The position numbers and the translations under genes are program-made. The notes beneath the pieces are model-generated. The model saw nothing but the letters and a program-made list of their open reading frames with translations, did no database searches and was not told where the DNA came from. 64,000 bases of DNA from Octopus sinensis (taxonomy: Eukaryota), in assembly GCF_006345805.1 (NCBI RefSeq), contig NC_043005.1:15624001-15688000 (forward strand). Reading direction: 5' to 3'. Below are positions 53,512 through 64,000 of the stretch, in pieces (the stretch's first letter is position 1; each line of letters starts with the position of its first letter).

Positions 53512-55527
53512 ATATCGTAACAACCAAGTGTGGCGTCCTATAAAGGACAGTGCTACTGACGTTTATAGCCCCAAGAAGGCATCTTCTCCAGCTGGCTAAC
53601 GACACACATTCTGCGTCTGATTAGTATTTGCGAGGGGAGGCCATTGCTCCCATCTCTAGCTTTACGTGATACACACGGACTCGAGTTTCTTGGTGGTTAC
53701 CCGTTCTCAGCGTGTGTTAACCGCAAGCTAGTGATGAAAACGCATTCCACTCGCAAAATACTATAAGCTTTTTCCAGCATAAATTCTCGCTGATCTTGAA
53801 AAAGGAGAAATAAGTTTTATTAAATCTCTGAGCGGAACGTGACTTGACACTACAAACAGTTTTTGAATATTCATCTGCATACAAAACTACACCAACACCG
53901 AGAAATATGTAGTTGAAGCTTACTTAGCTGTGCTGAGTTACATATCAAATTCCACGCTCTAATCACATTTGTGCATATTTCTTTAAATGTGCAGTATGTA
54001 ATATGATGTAATGTATGTCATGTGTGTATTAGACACCTACAGCTCAGCTAATAGTAATTATATAAACCCGTATAAACTCTGCATTGTTGGGCTGTCAGTG
54101 ACTAAACTGACACCCCTAGCAAGCCTGCTTGGCTAGGAAGGTGAGTTTTATACACCAAATGGGTTGATAAATAGAAGCTGTCAAGGACAGGTAAGCTAAA
54201 AGAGTCGACGTCATTAAATCAATGCGGATGTGCATGTATGAATAAATACATACATGTGCCCATGTCTGTGTCTTTCTCACTATAGAGCGATTCTGTAATT
54301 CCTTGTTGAGCAATTTGCATCTATAATTTGTTTATAGCGATCAAATATTTGTGCTGTAGATGAGCTCACCTCTTCCACCAAATCGACACATTATATACAT
54401 GACATCTGCTATTAAAATTCACAAAATCCCAAAGCTACCTACTATGCACCATACAGAGCTCCGTAACAAAAAGCATTGCTAGAATTACCAAATATTCTAG
54501 ATTAAACCTAGAATTACCGAATAATTTACTGTGAGAGGAATAACGAACAGAGAAAACAAAGGACGAAAACGCACAGATAAATAGCGACATTCTATCCTCA
54601 GCTACTAAATCAAATATCTTCATAGTTTCGACACCATATACGTATGATGTATGTATGTATGTATGTATGTATGTATGTATGTATTTGTGCATGTATTAAC
54701 ATGAACATAAATTATACACAGGAAAAGAATAATCTTACTCCAAATCTGCGATGGTTTTAGTCTCAAGTCACCTTGCTTACGTGCTTGTTGTGCAGTTAAT
54801 AAGGTACTCGTGTCCCCTTTGTCACTATAATATTAGATGTATTAGTACTTTTTGTACCTCTATTTTCTTCTAGTTTTATTTTTCCATCAGTTCTGTATTT
54901 TCGTTACTCGTAAGGGTACACACAAGGTGTAGTATAAGTGAGAACCGTTGAGATTCTCTGATCGCCGTTGAATTATAATTTGTATATAGGAGATAGAGGA
55001 TTAGTTTTGCTATACTCACATAAGACATAATAGAGAAAATAATAGGCACTACAGATTTAAAAGAAAAAGAGGTAAAACGCAGAAGGCACTCAAATGCGAT
55101 ACCCTTCTCACTCTCACCTTTCCTCTTCTCCCTCCTCCCTCCTCCTCCCCCTCTTCCCCTCTCCCCCTCATCTCTCCTCCCCTCTCCTCCTCATCTCCTC
55201 CCTCATCCCCTCCCCCTCTCCTCCACTCTCTCTCTCACTCTCTCCCTCATCTCCCCTCTCTACACTACACCATACGACATTACACATCACATGATACATA
55301 CATACACACGTCCAGACCTTTCATACGCACCACATACTCCCTCATGCACACACGCACCCTTATGTTGGGGCGAAGTCATTTGACCCTGTTATCTCCCCTA
55401 TTTTCGCTCTTGCGTCTCACGGTTGATCTCTGACTTCTGGCCAGAATCAGTTCGCCATGTTGAATCGCTAGCTTCTGCACGCATTTTTTTTCTCTCCTTG
55501 TTTCTCTCCGTGTTTCTTTTCTGTGTA

Positions 55528-55565
55528 TCTTTCTGTTGAAGAGCGTAGGCTCGAAACGTAAAAGA
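55528..55565 (+). ncRNA. Second copy of the variant hammerhead-like motif
   Basis: UCUUU-CUGUUGA-A-GAGC(GUAG)GCUC-GAAAC-GUA-AAAGA in a module homologous to about 29920-30090. Confidence 0.5.
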
Positions 55566-56537
55566 CTTGTTTTATTTATATTCCTGAGCGCCATACTAAT
55601 ACAATTGTTTGTTTGTACTCCACCTACCTTCGTATTTTGTTTATTTTCATAAAGCTTCCCGTTATATATATATATATATATATATATAAATTTCTGAGAT
55701 GAGGAATTGTCATTGTTTATTCGGGTGTGTGTTCCCAAGTTGATTGTAATTAAGTATTACTGCATTGACCTTGAAGGATGAAAGAACAACCAAGATGAGG
55801 ACGCAACGAAAATAACGTCTCAAGAAACGATAGGATGCAGGTGAGTAAAAACAACTATATGTAAGTAATAACCGTTATGAAATTAACACCGAAGACGTAG
55901 TTCACAACCCGTTTCAGAGAATAGATATTCCCGATGATCGATATATAAGCTGTTGAAGTTTTGTGGAGGCCATACTCACTCATATGCTTCGAGAATATTG
56001 CTAGAATGTTCTTTCCGAAATCTTTATAAAATGTGAGCTCAACAGAACAGACATAATGATGCGGGAAGGAAAAAGATATTGTGTCCAGTTGTAGAAGTCA
56101 ATTGTCAAGCAGACGTTAATGAAACCTTAGATTAAAGAAAAAGAAAACACCTACGGTAAGCAAAGGAGAAACTTGCTGATACTTCGAACGAATTATAACT
56201 TAAGTTCATACATAAGTGGTTATTGGAGTCACTTGATATATAAATAACCTCTCCAGCGCCAATGTTGAAAATCTGGGATTTAAAAAGCCAGAAAAAGGCA
56301 CAATATATTCGGAGACAGAAATCATAAACCATTAATGGCACTGTAGAAATGCGGTAATTATTGCAGTGCAGTCTGTAGTCCACATAAGTACACAGAAAAA
56401 TACAGACATATATCTCTATATACACATATATATAACCAAACTATAGATTCATACGTGCAATGACATGTATGCATGTAAACACACGAGCACACCTATATAC
56501 TTACGTGTGCAGCTAGCTAGATACACACACACACACA

Positions 56538-56579
<42 letters not shown>

Positions 56580-57230
56580 ATGCAAAATACATACATACAT
56601 TACATAGAGCTTATTTCTCTGACGAATAACTTGCAGGGACAGAGCTTTGCGTTTTGGTTGGAAACCGGCTCTTTTGCTACAAAAGAGAATTTGAAGACGG
56701 AAAACCAAGAGAAAATAATAAAGACCAGTCAACTACTAAAATCGATATATCTGTCTGTGCCCATTCCCCCAACAAATATATGGCCCTGTGCCAATATCAT
56801 AAATCATTGGTAGAAAACAGACTTGAAGACGTACGTTTCCGCTGGCCTCATCGATATTCTAACATCTGTTATTGATTACCTTTATAAACTGCTGTTTTCT
56901 GCAACTGTTAACTGTGTGGTGAGTTAAGTTACTGCTAATCTAGTCAACCACACGGGAATCACCATCATGAAAAGCCAACTAGGGAGATCCCATATGGTTA
57001 TTCAAGGTCTTTGAAACAGAATCCGAATTCCTTAAAAGAAAAAATGGACGTATTGGTTAGTGTAATCCGAGACATAAAAGAAGATATATATACATACATA
57101 CATACATACATACATACATACATACATACAAATATACATACGTACGTGTTTAGTTACAAAAAATAATTTTTTGAATCTGTCGGTCAAAAGGTAAAGATCC
57201 ACGTTTACTTATATGCATATGTGGTTACTT

Positions 57231-57279
<49 letters not shown>

Positions 57280-57282
<3 letters not shown>

Positions 57283-58200
57283 GTATATATAACATATCGG
57301 TGAACATTTGAGTATTTGAATCACAACTCAGTTTCATGATGCTGATTATCCAAACGATCGTAGTAGGATGCTTGCTCATCAGAGTAAGAAAGGTCTTAGT
57401 AACATATATTGATACACTTAAACCACGGACGCGGGAGTTATAAAGAATGCCTCTATTTTTACATTTGACATTGTTTGATGTTAGTTGTTCTACGCATTTC
57501 ATCTTGGTGTTAAAACCACTTCTAGTAGAGTTCTGTTGTAGGATATCCGATGGTAAGTTAAACATGCGTCTACGAGCGGTGTCTCTAACGTATTGTATAA
57601 TCGTAGGCGAATGGTTGTTATCTAATTGGACGGTAGGAGTAGTGTTTGTCTGTATGTAGGTTTTGTGTTGCATCTAAGAAAAACTTTTTTTACAGTCTCC
57701 ATGTTTATATTTATCAACTTATAAATAAAATTCTTTATAAGCGCTAATTGGTGTCTTTCGGAATATGTCTGTTATGAGATTAGCATGACCTTCGTTTCTG
57801 TAAATTCTTATGTTAGTGAATCATTCTTTTTTTTTCTTCTGAATGTGTGTAGGATGGATTGTGAAACCAAATTTAATTCTCTTCTCTATCGTTTATTTAA
57901 ATCTCTTCTCCAAAGTTAATTTTCTAAGTTTCTTAAATCAGAAGAAATGGTCATAAAATAACTGCTTCCCTTACATTCATGGTAATATTGATATCGGTTA
58001 TGACTGTAAATATTTTTCAAAATTCTAAAGCGTTCAAAAGACCTGTATTGCTAATGTTTTGTGATATTGAACAAGCGAATCTATTATTGGTGTTATCTTC
58101 AACGTTGTTGAACTTTTATAAGTGTCTCTAATGTATTTCCATTCTGTTAAATTTGTATTTTATTCTTTTTTTTTTATTTATGAATTTCAAAATGTGTTTG
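57280..58200 (-). pseudogene. Probable degraded Penelope-like RT/GIY-YIG region
   Basis: Remnants FTNIRIYRNEGHANLITDIFRKTP (cf. FLD..I...T..YRKPT), SIHP, and KNRGILY..SIYVTKT (cf. GVVY..YIGxT). Confidence 0.4.
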
Positions 58201-58562
58201 GTGAATATTTCTAGTTCAATTAAGACGGCGAGCTGGCAGAGGCGTTACCGCGTCGAAAAAATACTTAGCGTCATTTCTTCTGACTCTACGTTCTGAGTTC
58301 AAATTCTGCCGAAGTCACCTTTGCCTTTCATCCTTTCGGGGTCGATAAAATAAATACCAGTTAAACACTAAAGTCGATGTAATCAACGTACCCTCGAACT
58401 TCGAACTTTCAGGCCTTATACCGAAACTAATATTTCTTGAAATTGAGTTGAGAATTCTACAACTTCGAGATGTCCTGGTTTTCCTTTAATGTTGTATAAA
58501 ATCTGCATGGTTTGGGGCGTACTACTCGGATCTGGTGTATGTAAATTTCTTACTAGAGTGTT

Positions 58563-59049
58563 AAGGCGGCGAGCTGGCAGAAACATTAGCACGCCGGGCG
58601 AAATGCGTAGCCGTATTTCGTCTGCCGTTACAGTCTGAGTTCAAATTCCGCCAAGGTTGACTTTGCCTTTCATTCTTTCGGGGTCGATAAATTAAGTACC
58701 AGTTGCGCACTGAGGTCGATATAATTGACTTAATCCCTTTGTCTGTCTTTGTTTGTCCTCTCTGTGTTTAGCCCCTTGTGGGTAGTAAAGAAATAGGTAT
58801 TTCGTCTGCAGAAGGGGGCGAGCTGGCAGAAACGTTAGCACGCCGGGCGAAATGCTTAGCGGTATTTCGTCTGCCGTTACGTTCTGAGTTCAAATTCCCC
58901 CGAGGTTGACTTTGCCTTTCATCCTTTCGGGGGTCGATAAATTAAGTACCAGTTACGCACAGGTCGATGTAATCGACTTAATCCGTTTGTCTGTCCTTCT
59001 CTGTCCCCTCTGTGTTTAGTCCCTTGTGGGTAGTAAAGAAATAAAGAAA
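58563..59049 (+). mobile_element. Two-head tail2 SINE array with a flanking duplication of about 26 bp
   Basis: GTATG(T/C)AAATTT(C/G)TTACTAGAGTGTT on both sides; an older monomer lies at about 58224-58430. Confidence 0.85.
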
Positions 59050-59494
59050 TAGTATGCAAATTTGTTACTAGAGTGTTTGCCCCGATTTTTATAATTGTAC
59101 GCATTTGAGCTTGTTTTCTTTGTATGTTTTCGTTATATTGTTTAGCAGCGATCTTCTGTTAAGTATTTCTGTCTAGTTAGTACCAATTGTTGTTTCTATC
59201 GACGTATGTAATGTTTGAATAGTGATTACATATAATTTTATTGGAGTTGAAAAGACTTCACAAACTACTTCAATAAAATGTTACTCTAGCTTTGGTATTC
59301 GAGTACTATTTTCCCCAGCTTGTCTTGTACCTATATACTCACATGTAAGTGTGCGCTTGTATGTATATATATATATATATATAATATATATATATATGAA
59401 TAAAAAAATGGAGTTAACGCAGGTGTAATCAAATATTTTTACTTTCCGTGTTAATTGTTAACAAGGTAAAAATACACTCATATATATATATTAT

Positions 59495-59538
<44 letters not shown>

Positions 59539-60039
59539 GGCGGGTATTGTGCATGTGTGTTGTATGCACCTATAAGTAATTGGGTTTTCTTTAGAAATAT
59601 TATTGAAAACGTGTCTATGTTCCAGTTATTCTATTTCTTTTTTTTTCATTTTATTCGTTTATACTTACGACTAATTCATGGTTTGTTTGCAATAAACCAC
59701 GTTCAAAGACCGACTGTACAATTAAGTTTTTAAGACCTTTTTGGTCGTGTAGTCTGGATTAAAAGAAACATTTGAACTTACAGATAGATTTGGCGTTTAC
59801 AAGTTTGATAATGAAGCATAGAATTATTGTCTTTCTTTTTTTTTTTTTTCTTTTGCCTATTGACTTGTTCTCGACCTTCAAATCTGTGGCGGCTGAACAT
59901 CTACCAATCAGAATGACGAGATCCGTTCATTAGTGTCTGATGTGTGGCGTTTGCTTGTTTGTGTGCGCTGTTCAAACACGAAGTGTGCTTAATTATAGAT
60001 ATTGATTTCACGAATAATGTCATCTTCCTCCTTCTACCA

Positions 60040-60089
60040 CTGCTGCCTCAGTTGTTACTACTACTACTACCACCACCATCACCACCACC

Positions 60090-60136
<47 letters not shown>

Positions 60137-60139
60137 CAA

Positions 60140-60180
<41 letters not shown>

Positions 60181-60226
60181 TTACTACTACTACTATCACC
60201 ACCACCACCACCACCACTACTACTAT

Positions 60227-60266
<40 letters not shown>

Positions 60267-60270
60267 GTTT
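60040..60270. repeat. Mixed (CTA)n/(CCA)n triplet microsatellite
   Basis: Visible directly; similar (CCA/GGT)n tracts at about 10380-10680 and 40440-40800. Confidence 0.95.
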
Positions 60271-60529
60271 TCTTGCTACTCTTCTTGTTCTTAATGTTAC
60301 TCATTTTGTAAGTTGTAAAAAAAAAGAAACTCGCCCAATGTTTTGGTGGTAGGCACACTACTTTTCCCCGTTTAACACCACCATGTGGCCCTTATGTATC
60401 TTTAGCGGAGTTTGCTCTATTGCAAGCATTCGGATCAGGCCTCTCGCCGAAGGGATTCTGTGATCTATCCGCGCACTGTTATCCTCTCCGTTTTACCTAT
60501 GATAACAAAAAAATTAGATTCAAGCCCAC

Positions 60530-61330
60530 AGGCTAATTCTCCTTCCTCTTCTCAAACGCACGAGGATTTATCTTCAATCTAGATCCCAAATATCAGCTCT
60601 TAATTACACGCAAAGCAATCATTTATTTATCTCCGAGAAGCAAATTCCTCAACTACCCTGTCCAGGATTACTTCCAAAGGTGGTGTCTGCACAAAAGTAG
60701 ACTTCACTTTTCCTATCACTAACCTCTCTCATCTGGATTACAGCATTAATGACTCCCAGTTTCCCTGGCTTTCAAAGTTTCTCTCTCCCATTCTTTCAAA
60801 TGCATCGGCTTCCACTGTCGCCATCCGAACTCCTTAACCCCCCAACAACCTATTTCTTTACTACCCACAAGAGGCTAAACATAGAGGGGACAAACAAGGA
60901 CAGACATAGGTATTAAGTCGATTACATCGACCCCAGTGCGTAACTGGTACTTTATTTATCGACCCCGAAAGGATGAAAGGCAAAGTCGACCTCGGCGGAA
61001 TTTGAACTCAGAACGTAACGGCAGACGAAATACGGCTACGCATTTCGTCCGATGTGCTAACGTTTCTGCCAGCTCGCCGCCCAACAACCCTTTGCTCATA
61101 TTTAGTTTCAACTACTTTCATCTCCGAACTCATTGTCTTCGGCGACTTCAACGTTCACGACTCTTCATAGTTCTCAGCCTCCTTCCACATCGATGTTGCT
61201 ATTCAGTTATCTTGTCCCACGCGAGTTTCCACCTCTCTGCTCTCTTGTTACGTCCAGTCCTCCGTACTGAACATTAAGTTCGGTCCTTCTTCCCCATAAC
61301 AAGCTCCATCTGGAAACATTTCCTTGTTCA
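60530..61330 (+). pseudogene. Degraded APE endonuclease domain of a CR1/Jockey-like LINE, interrupted by a SINE
   Basis: NARGL.SNL, KGGVC, HCRHPNS, ELIVFGDFNVH remnants. Confidence 0.5.
60851..61079 (-). mobile_element. Solo tail2 SINE with 10-bp TSD
   Basis: CCCAACAACC at 60841-60850 and 61080-61089. Confidence 0.9.
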
Positions 61331-62328
61331 AGTTTTTCCCGCAAATCTTTAACTGCAACAGTTTAAACGGCACATTATCGGCACCAAAATCACAAGTCTT
61401 GGAGGGCCTGCAAAGATCATGACATTGTCCCTTACTCCAAGTTCAGTTAAATACAAAAAAAAAAAAAAAAATTATGCATATATATTTCCACGCACACATG
61501 TATATATAAATATGTGTATGTGCGTGTGTTTGTATGTGAGTACAACAGGCTTCCGCGCGAATTACGTTTAACAAATTCTATTCACAAGACATTAACTTAC
61601 ACTCGTAAAAAGATGCTCGCTTAAAATGCCATGTGACTGCGAACTAATTAGTTTAGCCACATCTGCTCGTCTGTGCCAATACTTGTGGAATAAACAATAT
61701 TCCTTCACTGTTTAATACTTTACATCATAAAACTAATCAACTGTCGTCGGTATCTGTTGCCAGGTGTTAATTTTTTACGAGGATGCGTTATCTGCTGACT
61801 TATAAGTTGCATTTTACTAGCTCTACATTAATCAATCTCGGTCGATTCTGGTTTATATTAAAACTGAAGCAAACGCAGCTTTTCCATGCTTCTCCCGCAA
61901 AGCTATAAACATCAAAATTAATCTGCTCTGCTAAGTGCTTTAATCTAGTATGTGTAAGTCTGGGAATATGTAAGTCTTGAAACGTGAGAGGCACAATTTC
62001 AGTTTGGCATATTGTTTGTTATTTGAAACGATGTGCTGGTAAGGAAGTATAAAACTGTCATAAAATAAGAATTAAAAAGAAGGAAAAAAATGGAACGTTT
62101 GTTATTTCGAATAACACACATTTTCCAAATACATACACAAGTGTATTTACATATATTAACAGATGTATATCTATAAATTTCTGTCGATTCACCGAGAGGC
62201 GATAAATTTCAGAACTCAATACGTATTCATTAATGCATTATAACTGAAAGGTTCAAAATTTCAGTACTCCAAGTTACACGTTTCCAATCATACGAGATTT
62301 CCATACAAGCATATCTATATAAAACTAT

Positions 62329-62402
<74 letters not shown>

Positions 62403-62404
<2 letters not shown>

Positions 62405-62703
62405 GACTATATATTGTTCAAAGAAGAATGCAGTGTACGTTCAAACACAAAAGAGGTACCCGAAAAATAGGATACCTGACTCGCTAGAAAGAGCGGTCAA
62501 AACTCCAAGCCACCAATTGTTGTAATTCCGAAAGTGATTGGAAAATAAAAACGTTTACCTTAATCCAATCACTTTCGGAATTACAACAATTGGTGGCTTG
62601 GAGTTTTGACCGCTCTTTCTAGCGAGTCAGATATCTTATTCTTTGGGTATCTCTTTTCTGTTTGAACGTACACTGTATTCTTCTTTGAATAATATATAGT
62701 CTA
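62403..62703. repeat. 301-bp hairpin with 140-bp arms and 21-nt loop
   Basis: Inner 67 bp perfect (62476-62542 / 62564-62630); outer 73 bp have 8 substitutions and no indels. Confidence 0.95.
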
Positions 62704-62967
62704 TCGACTAATTTTTTTTCTTTCTCGCTAGACTACTGGTAACTAAGAATTTTTCGATGAATATTCTTGCTACCCTAAGATATATATATATATATATATA
62801 CGCGCGCACACACACACACACACACTGTAGAGATAACTTTAAGAGTGATTAAACTGCTCAACCAACACAAACAGTAAGACATAAGACTTATAAAGCCTTA
62901 AATAATACTTGGTACCATATTATGGTTACACAACGGAATACAGAGCATAGCCATTCTTTTTATTTTG

Positions 62968-63049
<82 letters not shown>

Positions 63050-63125
63050 GTCTGTCGCTATATATACATATATTTATATTTATATATATATATATATATA
63101 TATACTTGTGCAGTGTGTACACACA

Positions 63126-63156
<31 letters not shown>

Positions 63157-63357
63157 CAGACAAGGAAAAACCAGTAGCGCCGGCAGAGAGCTCCTTCAAA
63201 TGCTGTCGCTGTATTCGAGACTGTCGCTCCCGTGTCTGCCTCTACAGCCACAGTAGATGCTGCCTCACTATCAGCAGCTGACACAATTTCTTCGGGTGCC
63301 GATCCATGGTCTCTCGAGACCGACGGATGCCTACTACATATTTATATACATCTATCC

Positions 63358-63550
63358 TATTTCTTTACTACCCACAAGGGGCTAAACACAGAGAGGACGA
63401 ACAAGGATAGACAAACGGATTAAGTCGATCATATCGACCCCAGTGCGTAACTGTACTTATTTAATCGACCCCGAAAGGATGAAAAGCAAAGTCGACCTCG
63501 GCGGAATTTGAACTCAGAACGTAACGGCAGACGAAATACCGCTAAGCATT
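63358..63550 (-). mobile_element. 5'-truncated solo tail2 SINE with 14-bp TSD
   Basis: ATATACATCTATCC at 63344-63357 and 63551-63564. Confidence 0.9.
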
Positions 63551-63720
63551 ATATACATCTATCCATGTATGTAATACATTCACACATATATACCACAAAA
63601 TGTACATACATACATCTATATTTTATCAATACCTAATCCGACAGAAGCCTATGCTTTAGTGTTGATTGTTTGTCGGAGAAACTGTGTAGTCAGTACCATA
63701 ATAAAGGTTGATAATATATT

Positions 63721-63952
63721 TATTTCTTTATTGCCCATAGAGGGCTAAACATAGAGGGGACAAATAAGAACAGACAAAGGGATTAAGTCGATTACATCGA
63801 CCCCAGTGCGTAACTGGTAGTTAATTTATCGATCCCGAAAGGATGAAAGACAAAGTCGACCACGGCAGAATTCGAACTCAGAACGTAAAGACAGACGAAA
63901 TACCGCTCAGTATTTCGCCCAGCGTGCTAACGTTTCTGCCAGCCCGCCGCCT
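63721..63952 (-). mobile_element. Full tail2 SINE
   Basis: head+core+tail2; diverged flanking duplication of about 19 bp. Confidence 0.85.
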
Positions 63953-64000
63953 TAAAGATTGACGATATGTTGTAAACCCTTGCTGCACTGAGTTTCATTT

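Noticed and set aside
55778-55841. Exon ending in CAG|GTGAGT
   Set aside because: Stops in all three frames and a weak acceptor; cannot be supported as coding.
60851-61079. Tail2 unit as a Helentron/DINE-1-like element (GTCT/GTCC repeats, 3' hairpin)
   Set aside because: Solo copies have 10-14-bp TSDs and 5' truncation, indicating target-primed retrotransposition.
63150-63330. Ala/Ser/Thr-rich open frames on both strands
   Set aside because: Low-complexity, no convincing splice sites or recognisable domain.

Overview
AT-rich eukaryotic DNA made almost entirely of repeats, with one 100-N gap at 20470-20569. The SINE families and the very dense (TA)n, (CA)n, (TATC)n and (CAT/CTA)n microsatellites look like an octopus (cephalopod) genome; this is recognition from memory, not a database result. 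No host protein-coding gene is firmly supported, only a few weak exon candidates. Recognisable coding remnants are all transposon-derived: a young CR1 RT, RTE-X, RTE/BovB-like, a second RTE family, an R4/NeSL-like restriction-endonuclease LINE, a Gypsy integrase end, mariner, Penelope-like pieces and APE domains. The most notable structures are: (1) a nested, collinear inverted architecture over 1-17.6 kb, with arm-specific insertions, a three-tier foldback core and a Helitron nest; (2) an RTE insertion with the exact geometry of twin priming; (3) four minimal hammerhead-ribozyme-like motifs, three with non-canonical cores, in short Penelope-like modules; (4) a SINE that appears to carry its own preferred target site and builds head-to-tail arrays; (5) a perfect 294-bp spacerless palindrome and a 301-bp hairpin with G.U-biased divergence. 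All alignments, translations and identities were done by eye.
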